Shown: positions 10,925 to 21,850, counted from the stretch's first letter. The stretch is 64,000 nucleotides of DNA from a bacterium (GCA_965205865.1 CBDBHR010000030.1:832001-896000); one strand, 5' to 3'. Numbers and translations are program-made. Notes: generated from the letters alone by a model not told the origin.

Positions 10925-11953
10925 TCACAAGGTGTTGGTGATGCTCGTATCAAAGGTGGGGTTGAAGGTATCCAAATAGGCATACAGCGCAGGGGCTCCG
11001 CCGGTGTGGAGAAAGAGGACATTTTGTCCTTTTTTGAAGTGGCCTTTTCTAATCAAATCGATCAAGCCTGCCATGGTTTTGCCCGAATACACCGGGTCTA
11101 ACAAGATCCCTTCGGTTTGGGCTAACAGCTTGATGGCTTCCACCATCCCCTCGGTGGGAATTGAATACCCTTCCCCCACATAGGCATCAAAACATTCCAC
11201 GGTTTGGCGCGGTATCGTTTGGGACAGGCCAAGTTTCTCAGCAGTTTGCTCGACTAAAGAAAACACGAGATCTTCCTGTTTGGTTTTTTCCCGGCTGACA
11301 CAAATCCCACTGACAGGGATGTCCGTATTGGTGCCCTGCAGACCGGTGACCATGCCCGCATGAGTGCCGGAGCTACCGCTGGGCACAATGATATGATCCA
11401 GAACAATCTCCTGCTCCAACAGCTGGGCCTGCAATTCCTGAGCACAATTGACATACCCCAGCGCCCCAATAGCATTGGACGCTCCACCGGGGATCAGATA
11501 GGGGGTTCGACCTGCCTGAGCGACCTCATCGGCTTCTTTTTGCATACAGGCGGCCAGATCACTGCCTCCCGCCACGACGGTGATGTGCTCCACCCCCAGC
11601 AATTTATATAAGAAATTATTACCGTTGGCATCCGCTTTATAGGATCCTTTGACCCGTTCTTCCAAAACCAGGCGACAGGACAGCCCTTCTTTGATCGCAG
11701 CCGACAACGTCAGCCGACAATGGTTGGATTGAATGGCCCCACAGGTGATCAGGGTATCCGCGCCTTTTTCGATCGCATCCCCGACTACAAATTCCAGTTT
11801 TCGGGTTTTGTTCCCGCCTTCGGTGCCAGGGAGTAAATCGTCCCGTTTGATGTAAATATTCGGGCCTCCCAAGGCTTTTGAAAAATGCGGGAGGGCGTGG
11901 AGGGGGGTGGGGGCTTCAAGGTACTTTCTTCGTGGAAAACGAGCTAAATCCAT
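10925..11953 (-). CDS. dcyD: D-cysteine desulfhydrase (PLP; ACC deaminase family)
   Basis: IKRDD, GGNKTRKLEF, QSNH, LDPVYSGK, LHTGG. Confidence 0.9.
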   Translation of the reverse strand: MDLARFPRRKYLEAPTPLHALPHFSKALGGPNIYIKRDDLLPGTEGGNKTRKLEFVVGDAIEKGADTLITCGAIQSNHCRLTLSAAIKEGLSCRLVLEERVKGSYKADANGNNFLYKLLGVEHITVVAGGSDLAACMQKEADEVAQAGRTPYLIPGGASNAIGALGYVNCAQELQAQLLEQEIVLDHIIVPSGSSGTHAGMVTGLQGTNTDIPVSGICVSREKTKQEDLVFSLVEQTAEKLGLSQTIPRQTVECFDAYVGEGYSIPTEGMVEAIKLLAQTEGILLDPVYSGKTMAGLIDLIRKGHFKKGQNVLFLHTGGAPALYAYLDTFNPTFDTSITNTL

Positions 11954-12099
11954 AATTTCTTATCTGGGGAGAAATCTCCTGCTCTTGCTGTGAGCGGGTG
12001 GAGGTGATAAGGTTAAGTAGGGTGAGCCATTTCCCACCAAAAGCGAGGGGCGCGCAGCCTGACCCATCCTATCATCCGACTCTCTATCAGGAAAACACG

Positions 12100-12810
12100 A
12101 TGTCAGAAAACACCATCAAGACTATAGGAATTTTAGGGGGAATGGGGCCGGAGGCTACGGTATTTTTTTACCAGAAAATCTTGAGTTTGACGCCGGCCGC
12201 TAAAGACCAGGACCATATCCCCACGCTTATCTATTCCAATCCGCATATTCCGGATAGAACCCAAGCCATTCTCAGTCGTGAGGACGATTCTATCATTCTC
12301 CAACTCCAGCAATCAACTCAAATCTTGAAGCAAGGCGGAGCTGCCTTTGTGGTGATCCCCTGCAACAACGCGCACTACTGGATTCCACAGATCCGCGAAG
12401 CGGTTGATATTCCGATCATGGACATGATAGAGGAAACCTTGAAACATTTAGAAAAAAAAGGGATCTCCCAGGTCGGCTTATTGGCCACCGAAGGCACGCT
12501 CAAATCTCAGATCTACCAAATGAAAAGCAAAGATCGCCTGGAGATCATAGTGCCGCCAGACACCCTCTCTCAGGAAGTGATGTCCACTATTCGACAGATC
12601 AAAGCGGGAAGTCGAGCAAAGTCGTTATATGAGCCTATTGATCAAGCCCGTGCATGGTTTCAGAGGCAAGGGATTGACAAGATCATCTTAGGCTGCACCG
12701 AATTGCCCCTCTTGTATACAGACGCGAGAGATATCGAATGGTTCGTTGATCCAATGGACCTCCTGGCCCAACGCGCCATTGCCGTGGCAACAGGAAAGGA
12801 AACCCCCTGA
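12100..12810 (+). CDS. Aspartate/glutamate racemase family protein
   Basis: IGILGGMGPEAT, IPCNNAH, LGCTELP (two catalytic Cys). Confidence 0.9.
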   Translation: MSENTIKTIGILGGMGPEATVFFYQKILSLTPAAKDQDHIPTLIYSNPHIPDRTQAILSREDDSIILQLQQSTQILKQGGAAFVVIPCNNAHYWIPQIREAVDIPIMDMIEETLKHLEKKGISQVGLLATEGTLKSQIYQMKSKDRLEIIVPPDTLSQEVMSTIRQIKAGSRAKSLYEPIDQARAWFQRQGIDKIILGCTELPLLYTDARDIEWFVDPMDLLAQRAIAVATGKETP

Positions 12811-12849
12811 CAAGTTCCGAACATATTGGAAAATCGCATCCACTTCCCC

Positions 12850-14127
12850 TTATTCAGTCAAATAATTTCTTCTTAACACCCTTCCGCCATGATCTAGTGT
12901 TCGTTTGCCCTGGCTGTAAGTTAAAACGCCGTTGACGAGGACGTGCTCAAATCCTCCCGCATAAATGTTTGGATTGGTGAATGAGGAATTGTCTTCTAAT
13001 TTTTTCAAGTCAAAGATGGTGATATCCGCTGCAGCTCCTGGAATGAGGCGGCCACGGTCGGTTAAACCGATCCGGGAAGCTGGCAAGCTTGTCAACCGAC
13101 GAATTCCCTCTTCCAAATCAAGAATTTTTCCATCTTTTAGATACTGTGTCATATATTTAGCCGTCCAATTATACCCCGAATATCCAAATTGCCTCCCTTC
13201 CAAGACTCCATCATTGGCCAAAGCCATGGTGTCAGAGCCAATTGCGCACAACGAGCTGGTCAACACCAACTGGTTGTCTTCTTCCGCAAATGCCTCGCTC
13301 GTGAGTACGACCGCCTGATGCCGATCGCCTTCTTCCAGCAATAGATCAAAAATGACATCCCAACCGGTGGTGCCTTTTTTCTGAGCAATTTCCTCAATGG
13401 TCCAGCTAATGTATTGCTTATTGGCAAAACTGGACATGAGTTTGATTTTATCCCATTTTTCTTCCACCACTAGCTGCCACATGGGAAGGGGGTTGATTTT
13501 TAACTGTTCCCGACCTTCATCTGATTTCAGCAGTTCAAGAAATTCATCTTTTGATAAAGAATAAGACCATGCCGGGAGCTGAGCCATGGCACTGGTAAAG
13601 TTCCAATTGGTCGGCATCATATCCATGGCCACATCGATGCCTTCCTCGCGGGCCCATTCGATCATCTGAAGGGTGTTCCGCATAGCGTGGTCCGGACGAC
13701 CGTACTTTGGATTGATGTGGGAGATTTGAAGACGAACTCCTGTTTCACGAGCGAGATCCATCGCTTCTCCAAAACCGACGAAATACCGTTTATCTCGGTT
13801 TCGGGAATGGGTCGCATAAAATCCATCCACTTGAGCAACCGCCCGGCATAAAGCTGCTAGTTCATCAAATCCGGCCATTTTACCCGGATGGTATTCCAGA
13901 CCGGTGGACATGCCAAAGGCCCCTTCTTCCAGCGACTTTTCTAGCAGAGACACCATCTCCTCCACTTCTTCATCCGTGGCCACTTGTGGGGCTTGAAGTC
14001 CCATGACCACACTCCGCAACGCGCCATGCCCCACTAAACCGATCACGTTGGTTGCAATATTGGCCTTATCCATCACCTCCAGCAACTCGCCATAACTGTA
14101 CCATTTATCTAATTCAGGAAAGCCCAT
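12850..14127 (-). pseudogene. N-acyl-D-amino-acid deacylase (amidohydrolase), N-terminus missing
   Basis: LVGHGALR, GMSTGLEY, QISH, GAAADITIFD; lacks the N-terminal HxH metal site and abuts an unrelated LLM fragment. Confidence 0.75.
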
Positions 14128-14129
14128 TG

Positions 14130-14628
14130 TGCGAACTACGGATTTTCGACTCTCATCGGTGCGGGGGCGTCGCCAGGCGGAGCAGATCGAACTGATGAAC
14201 AAGCTCTGGACCACCGCACGGTCACGTTTGATGGCGAGTTCGACCGGGTGCACCACGCTGGGATCAAGCCACTACCGATTCAACAGCCGATTCCGATTTG
14301 GTTTGGCGGTGAAGTGGAGCCGGTGTTGAGACGCGCTGCGAAATATGGTCAGGGGTGGATTCCACGGTTTCGGCCGGACGAGCAGATTGAAGGTCCCCTG
14401 GAACGCCTACGTACCTATCTACAGGCCGAGGGGCGGGAGCCAAGCGCATTTGGTCTCGAGGGCTGGGTGCGCAGTGACATCGGTGGACCGGACAAATGGC
14501 AGACGGAGGCCGAGCGCTGGGTGACTGTTGGGGCCACTCATGTAACGTTTTACACCTCGGGGCAAGGCATTGGCGCGGTAGAGCAACAAATTGAGGCAAT
14601 GAACCAATTTTACGATGCCGTGCGATGA
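14130..14628 (+). pseudogene. LLM-class (F420-type) oxidoreductase fragment, frameshifted
   Basis: AGIKPLPIQQPIPIWFGG..VLRRAAKYGQGW; N-terminus absent. Confidence 0.7.
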
Positions 14629-14823
14629 GAACCGATGGCACCGCCAACCCGAAGATTTCCCTTGAGGACCAGCTGCTGGAACCCGGAATGCCCCTGAGCC
14701 GGGGGAAGCGCATGGAAATTGCTGTCCTCCGCACACTATGTTATTCTGTTAAAAAGAAAACGCCTTGGCATTGGACGAGGCCATAAAATATTGGATATTC
14801 ATTTCGAAAAAAGGAGAGAAACG

Positions 14824-16086
14824 ATGAACGCTCGCACCATCAATATCCCGGTCAAGGCCTGGTATGGGGATGAAGAAATGGCGCTCCAATTCCCTGAGAG
14901 TTGGGAGGTTATGGTCTGTAACATGGCTGGTCACGATACCCCGGCCTTGAGTGATGACCAACTTCGTGAGGCCCTCCAGAATCCGCTGGGGACCGAACCG
15001 TTGCGACAACTGGCGCGCGGCCGAAAACAAGCCGTCATTCTGTTCGACGACTTGACCCGTCCCGCGCCAACCTGGAAGATCCTGCCCTTCGTTCTGGAAG
15101 AGCTGGGGGCCGCCGGCTTCGAAGACGACCAGATACGATTTGTGGGCGCCTTTGCCAACCACGCCGCCATGTGTCAGGAAGATTTTGTTAAGAAGCTTGG
15201 CCCGGACATGGTGCGGCGGTTTCGCATTTACAACCACAACCCGTACGAACATCTGGTGGACCTGGGCAAAACCAGCCGGGGCACGCCGATATTGATCAAC
15301 CAAGAGGTGATGAACTGCGACCTGATGATCGGGATTGGGGGGCTGATTCCGCATCTGGGAGCGGGCTTCGGCGGCGGGGCCAAACTGGTGCTGCCGGGCG
15401 TCGCCAGTATCGAGTCGGCGGGCTATAACCATCTGGAGCTGGGCGGCCTGGGTGGTGATCGCTCAGGGCCAAGAGAATTTCGCCTCGGTAAGATCGAAGG
15501 GAATGAGCTGCGCCTGGACATCGAGGAAGCGGTGCAGAAGGTCGGTCTTGATATGAAGATAGACCTGCTGATCAACAACCGACGCGAGGTCGTGGGCGTC
15601 TTCGCCGGAGACTTCATCAGCCAGCATCGCGCCGGCGTGGAACAGGCCAAGCAGCTTTACGCCACCCCAATCCCCAGCGAGTGTGATATAGTGGTCACGA
15701 ACGCCTTTCCCATCGAAAACCAGGTCGGCAAAGGGGTCTGGCCGGCTAATCTATCACTGAAAGAAGGGGGGCTGGCCGTCGTAGTGGTGCAGAGCGTGGA
15801 AGGGCAAGCGGCTCATTATCTGGGCGGCCGTTTCGGTACCGACTACGGCGGCAAGATGTGGGGCGGCCTCCCGGGACGGTTACTGACTCCAAAGGCGAGC
15901 CGGCTGCTGGTCTGCTCAGAGTTTCTGGCTCAGAGCGATTTGGACATGCTGGGCCCAGCAGATCAGGTGGTGCCGTGTGCTAGCTGGGCAGAGGTCCTGA
16001 TCCATTTACAGGCTGCCTATCCCCAAACAGCCAAAGTCGCGGTCTATCCCTACGCGGCCATCCAGTACCCGGGCGAGGTTAGCTAA
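14824..16086 (+). CDS. LarA-family nickel-pincer lactate racemase homolog
   Basis: DDLTRP, HNP, LGKTSRGTP, PHLGAGFGGGAKLVLPG. Confidence 0.85.
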   Translation: MNARTINIPVKAWYGDEEMALQFPESWEVMVCNMAGHDTPALSDDQLREALQNPLGTEPLRQLARGRKQAVILFDDLTRPAPTWKILPFVLEELGAAGFEDDQIRFVGAFANHAAMCQEDFVKKLGPDMVRRFRIYNHNPYEHLVDLGKTSRGTPILINQEVMNCDLMIGIGGLIPHLGAGFGGGAKLVLPGVASIESAGYNHLELGGLGGDRSGPREFRLGKIEGNELRLDIEEAVQKVGLDMKIDLLINNRREVVGVFAGDFISQHRAGVEQAKQLYATPIPSECDIVVTNAFPIENQVGKGVWPANLSLKEGGLAVVVVQSVEGQAAHYLGGRFGTDYGGKMWGGLPGRLLTPKASRLLVCSEFLAQSDLDMLGPADQVVPCASWAEVLIHLQAAYPQTAKVAVYPYAAIQYPGEVS

Positions 16087-16137
16087 TTGCCGGTGCCTAT
16101 CCGGGATCGGCAAAATGGCTGAAGAGGCTGTGGCGTC

Positions 16138-16226
16138 AGAAAATTTTAAAGCATATCGAAGCGGCATTCCGCTTTACACATCCCTCTGCAAATGGTAAGG
16201 TCTTCTGAAAATTTTGATTTTCTTAT
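16138..16226 (+). mobile_element. IS91-like end remnant (oriIS) with outward promoter
   Basis: Matches 52781-52800 and 53058-53112: AAATTTTAAAGCA.ATCGAAG; TTTACA-N17-TAAGGT; AATTTTGATTTTC(T/C)TAT. Confidence 0.55.
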
Positions 16227-16248
16227 GTGACATGATGGGAGGTAAAAA

Positions 16249-17028
16249 ATGGGTAAATCTAATTTTTCGTTAGCAAATCAAGTGGCTATTGTTACCGGAG
16301 GTGGCACGGGAATAGGACGGAGTATTGCTTTGGAGTTTGCCGAGTTTGGTGCCGATGTGGTGGTCAGTAGTCGGAAATTGGAAAATTTGGAAAGGGTGGC
16401 CGATGAAGTCAAAGCGCTAGGCAGACATTGCTTGGCTATCAAGGCTGACATCACCAAAAAGACCGATATCGATGACCTTGTTCAAAAGGTAATGGAGGAA
16501 TTTGGTCGTATTGATATTCTGGTGAATAATGGGGGAGTCGGTTCAAAAGTACTCGGTAAACCAGTGCCCATCATTGAAGTGGATGAAGACGAGTGGGACT
16601 TGATTATGGATACTAATCTCAAAGGCACTTACTTTTGTTGCCAAGCCGTGGGTCAGAGGATGATCGAACAGAAGAAGGGGAACATTATCAACATAACGTC
16701 AGGTGACGGAAAACGAGTGTCTGGTGGGCGAGGGACTTCCTACAATGTTGCGAAAGCAGGTGCCATCATGCTGACCCAGTGCCTGGCTTGGGATTTCGGT
16801 AAACACAATATACGGATTAACTCGATTGCACCGGGATATACTAGAACCAAGATGGCTCAACCGTATTTGAGTGATCCTGAGACCTTGAAGATGCTTGAGA
16901 GCAGAAGGCCGTTGGGGCGAATCGGTGAGCCGGAGGAAATTGCCAGTGCCGCGGTATTTCTAGCTTCTGATGCCTCCAGCTATATGACAGGACAGACAAT
17001 TAACGTTTGTGGTGGCGTGCACAACTAG
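16249..17028 (+). CDS. SDR family oxidoreductase
   Basis: TGGGTGIG, YNVAK (YxxxK), IAPG. Confidence 0.92.
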   Translation: MGKSNFSLANQVAIVTGGGTGIGRSIALEFAEFGADVVVSSRKLENLERVADEVKALGRHCLAIKADITKKTDIDDLVQKVMEEFGRIDILVNNGGVGSKVLGKPVPIIEVDEDEWDLIMDTNLKGTYFCCQAVGQRMIEQKKGNIINITSGDGKRVSGGRGTSYNVAKAGAIMLTQCLAWDFGKHNIRINSIAPGYTRTKMAQPYLSDPETLKMLESRRPLGRIGEPEEIASAAVFLASDASSYMTGQTINVCGGVHN

Positions 17029-17149
17029 ATTTATTCGTAGTCTTGGTTGGAAGAAATCCCCTGGGAGACCCGTATTGAGAATCCTTTGATATAGATCAGG
17101 TTTGAGATGAAAATGAGCCTGTGTTTGGAGGGTATCCAGGATCGGCTTA

Positions 17150-17464
17150 CTCAGCGCCGCCTCGCTGATAATCACCGCCCCGATGTTGATGGTGAAAATG
17201 ATGATGACCGGCGCGGCAATATTGGGCAGCACATAGCGCATCAGGATTCTCCCTTCCAAGCAGCCAATCGCCACGGCCGCCTGAAAATAGACATTCTCTT
17301 TGACCCCAATCACGGCGCTGCGGACGATTCGGGAGGCTGCCGATGCCCTCCGGTGACCCCCCAGGACCACGATGATCTGGGGGAGCCCTCGCCCCACAAG
17401 GGACATGATCGTTAACAACAAGAGCAGTCCCGGGAAGGCCATCCAGGCATCGACAAAGCGCTGT
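17150..17464 (-). pseudogene. Internal dppC fragment (frameshifted)
   Basis: QRFVDAWMAFPGLLLLLT...NIGAVIISEAALS; both ends replaced by unrelated sequence. Confidence 0.8.
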
Positions 17465-17947
17465 AACACGTAACGTGAGTTAAATATTGAGACGCTTGGG
17501 GAATGTTGTAAAAATGTCCTCCAGCGTAATAATGTGGTTGAAATACCCGGAATCGTTGAGGGCCTGATCCGGTCCATAAAGACTGATCAAGGCTTTTTCC
17601 AAGCCAAATCCTCGGGGAACCTTCAAGAGCGCACATTTTCTTTTTGACTTCCTTCTCTAGAGGTGAGATAAGATTGGCCTTAAAGAGTCGCTATCGCGAA
17701 ATAGCTTTTAGCCCTCTGCTGTCAACCAATTTTAGGATTGCGCACATTCTCTGAAAGCTGATAGCTGATAACTGACAACTTTGCATTTCAGACAAGAGCC
17801 AAGAAAAATGAAAAGTCTGGAACGCCAGCCCGGCCTGAATCCATATTGAGCGAATATTTATTTAGCCGAAAGTCATGTAAAATACCTTCCCCTCCAGCAT
17901 CTATCAGGTGTACGAGAGACGGGATGAAACCCATTAGAGGAGTTTCT

Positions 17948-18925
17948 ATGACAGGGACACTGGAACAGCGCCCCTTCGGGCGTACAGGGGAGACGGTCAG
18001 CCTCATCGGACTGGGTGGCGCCGCTTTGTATAAGCACTCCTATGAACAAGGGGTAGAAACCGTCAAACATGCGCTTGATCTGGGTGTTAGCTATTTCGAT
18101 ACCTCTCCCGCTTACGGTAAAGCAGGCGAGGATGGCCGTTGGATAGACAGGGGTAAATCGCAGTTAATCATGGGTGAGGGGCTTGATGGGAGCACGAAAC
18201 CCAATCTCCTTGCGACAAAGCTAATAGACTATACGACGGTAGAAGACTGTCGCGCCCAAATACAAGACAACCTACGTGCTCTGCGTCGCGATAGGGTCGA
18301 CGTACTCCTGGGGCACAACATAGAGAAGGCAAAAGCCTGGATACCCGACGCGCGGGACGATAGCCGGCTTCTCCACCTGGATGAGGAGTTCAACTACCAG
18401 AACGCAGCCCTCATTCAGGCGCTTCGTGAAGCAAAGGCGCAGGGGCTGTGCCGTTACATTGGCCTCAGTTCAAACCAGTCCACGCCCTTGGCTCGCGTCC
18501 TGAACCGGGTAAAACTCGACATGTGTCTATCGGCCCACGAGTATTCGCTGCTGGCCCGCCGTTCCCCGCAGGTGATGCTGCCGGTCATTCGTGAGCAGGG
18601 GATTGCTTATGTCGTGGGAGGGATTTTCTCCAACGTTGGTCGGGGCGTGTCAAATGAAGCTTCGCCGTTTCAGCTCGCCCCCAAAGGTCCTCTGGCTCAG
18701 GTTGGCGGGATATTCGCGGATGCGCGCCTCCTCGAGTTGGCCCGGGCGACTGGTATTTCGGTCGCAGCATTGACGGTTCGCTTTTTGATCGCAAATAAAG
18801 AACTGTCGACCATCCTGGTGGGTGCCTCCACACCCGAGGAACTCGAGGAGAGCGTCGTGGCAGCGCAGGCAGGTCCGCTACCGCTCGACATTCATCAGAC
18901 CCTGGAAGCGCTCACCTCGCCGTGA
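17948..18925 (+). CDS. Aldo/keto reductase
   Basis: RPFGRTG, YFDTSPAYG, LATK, IGLS. Confidence 0.88.
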   Translation: MTGTLEQRPFGRTGETVSLIGLGGAALYKHSYEQGVETVKHALDLGVSYFDTSPAYGKAGEDGRWIDRGKSQLIMGEGLDGSTKPNLLATKLIDYTTVEDCRAQIQDNLRALRRDRVDVLLGHNIEKAKAWIPDARDDSRLLHLDEEFNYQNAALIQALREAKAQGLCRYIGLSSNQSTPLARVLNRVKLDMCLSAHEYSLLARRSPQVMLPVIREQGIAYVVGGIFSNVGRGVSNEASPFQLAPKGPLAQVGGIFADARLLELARATGISVAALTVRFLIANKELSTILVGASTPEELEESVVAAQAGPLPLDIHQTLEALTSP

Positions 18926-19087
18926 CCTCCTCGGCGCTGGCGTATTTCCCAATTTTACCTGATAGGTTTTTATGGGGGAGAGTTTCTGGCTGATCAACAA
19001 AAGCGCGAGGAGCTTTCACGACCAAAATTTCTTCGGCAATCGGAGCAAAATCTGCCCGAAAGTGAACCATGCTCTTCAGTCCTAGAA

Positions 19088-19493
19088 TTTTCTGGCAGCC
19101 AGGGCCGTGGGCACCCCCACCAGCCTAATCCTGAACCGTCATGTGCTGCCCAATATTGTGGCACCCGTCATCATCATCTTCTCCATCAACATCGGGGGGG
19201 TGATTATCAGTGAGGCCTCGCTGAGCTTTTTCGGATTCGGGCTGCCTGCCCAGATTCCCAGCTGGGGCGGGATGCTCAGCCGGGAAGGGCGGGTCTACAT
19301 GGAGATGGCGCCACGGCTGGCTCTCTGGCCGGGTCTTTGCCTGACGATTGTCGTCTACAGTCTAAACATGTTCGGCGACGCGGTGCGGGACCTGCTCGAT
19401 CCCCGGTTGCGAGGCGGGCAGGGAAGTTACGGCGCCGCAGGGAAACGCAAACCAGGCCTCCTCGCCCGACTGATCAACCCTTTCAATTGGTAA
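19088..19493 (+). pseudogene. 3' dppC fragment
   Basis: HVLPN...GDAVRDLLDPR...RLINPF; no 5' half. Confidence 0.85.
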
Positions 19494-19562
19494 ACGCACA
19501 AAAGGAAACCGTCCCTTTTTGTCCCTTCTACCTTCCTGAGAATCGCTGTTTTTTCTTCCGCG

Positions 19563-19766
19563 TCAAGTATCGTTTTTGACTCCAATCCATTCCCTCGCGT
19601 TCATCCCACCGCCAGTGACGAGACAATGAATATGAGGATGAAGCTGAAGGGTTTTGGTCCAGGTGTGAAGGGTGGCGATGATTCCCGGTTTGGCTCCCAG
19701 GTACTTGGCATCTTCCAATAGTTCAAAGAGCGTCTCACGAGCACAGTCAAAGAGAATCTTACCCAT
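19563..19766 (-). pseudogene. IS91-family transposase internal fragment (identical copy at 36087-36290)
   Basis: PGIIATLHTW...HPHIHCLVTGGG HUH motif. Confidence 0.8.
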
Positions 19767-19802
19767 GATTTTTTGGCGCGTCGCGTAATAATAAAAGTAA
19801 AT

Positions 19803-19865
19803 TGGTGGAGGTGGCGGGAACGGTCCGCCGCTGCGACGGTCCGTCGTTACGGTCGAAGCCGCGTC
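19803..19865 (-). other. tmRNA (ssrA) 3'-end fragment, att-like, with 32-bp T-loop insert (copy 1)
   Basis: Minus strand reads GACGCGGCTTCGA-[32 bp]-TTCCCGCCACCTCCACCA. Confidence 0.75.
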
Positions 19866-19959
19866 AATCCCTTGATTAACAAGGTTTTGCAGGGGGTTTT
19901 AATCATTTGCTAATCCTTGGTTATTGGCTTTGGCGGCCTCATAGATGAGGGAGAGCCTC

Positions 19960-20901
19960 CTAAGAGAAAGGATTGATCAGTCTGGCGAGGAATCCTCTTT
20001 TGCGTTTCCTCTTTGCGGCGCCGTAACTGCCCTGACCACCCCGCAGCCGGGGGTCGAGCAGGTCTCTCACTGCGTCGCCGAACATGTTGAGGGAGTAGAC
20101 GACAATTGTCAGGAAAAGCCCCGGCCAGAAGGCCAGCCAGGGCGCTTGCTCCATGAACCGGCGCCCTTCGCGGCTGAGCATCCCTCCCCAGCTGGGCACC
20201 CCGGTGGGCAGACCGAATCCCAGGAAGCTCAGAGAGGCTTCGGCAATGATGACCCCGCCAATGTTAATGGAGAAGATGATGATGAGGGGCGCCATAATAT
20301 TGGGCAGCACATGGCGGCTCAGGATTTGGCTTGTAGAGGTGCCCACGGCCTGGGCTGCCAGAAAATAGTCATTCTCTTTGATAGCGATCACGGCGCTTCT
20401 GATGACTCTTGAGCCCCCGATGCCTCCGGTGATGCCCAGGACCACGATGATCTGGAGGAGCCCCTCTCCCACAAGCAACATGATGGTCAACAACAGCAGC
20501 AGTCCCGGGAAAGCCATCCAGGCATCGACAAAGCGCTGCACCGCCAGGTCCACTTTCCCCCCCAGGAATCCGGAAGTGACGCCGATCAGGACAGCGACGA
20601 GCACATTGAGTGTGGTCGCGGCCAGACCAACCAGCATGGAAACCCGAGCCCCGTAGATCAGGCGGCTCAACAAGTCTCGCCCTATATGGTCGGTCCCCAG
20701 CAGATACTGGACGGATGAGCCCGTCATCCGGTCTCTCAGGTGCATTTCATCAAAGGGATAAGGCGCCAGCGCATCGGCAAAGAGCGCCACCACAATCAAG
20801 AGCAAGACGATCATCCCGCAGGCCGTCCCCAGGGGCTGCTCCTTGAGCAGCCTGAACAGGAAATCCGCCAGCCGTCCCCGTCGCCTGGGCTCATTATTCA
20901 T
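19960..20901 (-). CDS. DppC-like permease
   Basis: Full-length paralog; start overlaps the dppB stop. Confidence 0.92.
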   Translation of the reverse strand: MNNEPRRRGRLADFLFRLLKEQPLGTACGMIVLLLIVVALFADALAPYPFDEMHLRDRMTGSSVQYLLGTDHIGRDLLSRLIYGARVSMLVGLAATTLNVLVAVLIGVTSGFLGGKVDLAVQRFVDAWMAFPGLLLLLTIMLLVGEGLLQIIVVLGITGGIGGSRVIRSAVIAIKENDYFLAAQAVGTSTSQILSRHVLPNIMAPLIIIFSINIGGVIIAEASLSFLGFGLPTGVPSWGGMLSREGRRFMEQAPWLAFWPGLFLTIVVYSLNMFGDAVRDLLDPRLRGGQGSYGAAKRKRKRGFLARLINPFS

Positions 20902-21850
20902 ACCGCACCCTCGGGTCCAAGTAAGCATAAATCAGGTCGATCATGAGATTGATCCCCACCACCGCAGTGGCGAAGAGCAGGTTGATTCCGGAGACCACCG
21001 GGTAGTCTCTGATTTCGAGGGCATCCAGTAAGAGACGACCTGTCCCCGGCAGGTTGAATATGTTCTCCATGATAACGGAGCCGCCTACAAGGATAGGCAA
21101 CTGCAGGCCGATCAGGGTAACTACCGGGATGAGGGCATTTTTGAGGGCGTGCCGGATCACCACGATCCGCTCTTTGAGCCCCTTGGACCAGGCGGTCCGG
21201 ATATAGTCCTGCCTGAGCACCTCCAGCATCATGGTGCGCGTCATCCGCATGGTGGCGGCCGCTGAAGCCGTCCCCAGAATCAGGCTGGGAATGAGGAACA
21301 TCCCCAGATTGCCCAGCGGGTCTTCGGAGAAAGGAATCAGCTGCATCGGAGGCGACCAGCCCCACCAGATTACCGGATAGATCATGACCATAAGTGCCAG
21401 CCAGAAGTTCGGCGTTGCCAGGCCGATGATGGCGAAGGAGCGCCCCAGGTAGTCGGCGGCCGTATTCTGGCGAATCGCCGAGTAGATGCCCACCGGCAGT
21501 GCGATCAGGAATCCAATGACGAGGGCCAGGACGCCAAGCTCAATGGTTACCGGCAATCTGTCGAGTATCTTCTCCTCTACTGTAAAACCGCCAAGCAGTG
21601 ATTCGCCAAGGGTACCGCGCAGAACGATACCTCCCACCCAGCGTCCATACTGCACCCAGACAGGCACGTCTAATCCCAGCTTACGCTCAAGAGCTTCACG
21701 GTCGATGTGCCCACCCATCCACTGCAAATCTCCAACCATGATGTCGATGATATCGCCGGGGATGAAGCGGACCGAGAGAAAGACGAGGATGGTCAATATA
21801 AACAAGGTGGGGATTATCAGCAATAAGCGCCTGATGATGTAGGCTCTCAT
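20894..21850 (-). CDS. DppB-like permease
   Basis: Full-length paralog. Confidence 0.93.
   Translation of the reverse strand: MRAYIIRRLLLIIPTLFILTILVFLSVRFIPGDIIDIMVGDLQWMGGHIDREALERKLGLDVPVWVQYGRWVGGIVLRGTLGESLLGGFTVEEKILDRLPVTIELGVLALVIGFLIALPVGIYSAIRQNTAADYLGRSFAIIGLATPNFWLALMVMIYPVIWWGWSPPMQLIPFSEDPLGNLGMFLIPSLILGTASAAATMRMTRTMMLEVLRQDYIRTAWSKGLKERIVVIRHALKNALIPVVTLIGLQLPILVGGSVIMENIFNLPGTGRLLLDALEIRDYPVVSGINLLFATAVVGINLMIDLIYAYLDPRVRYE

Noticed and set aside
17465-17640. Possible IS end next to the dppC fragment (also 18960-19086)
   Set aside because: No partner inverted repeat or transposase motif that I can identify.
19803-19865. Complete tRNA or tmRNA gene
   Set aside because: Only the T-arm and acceptor 3' strand are present; no 5' half or tag reading frame is evident.
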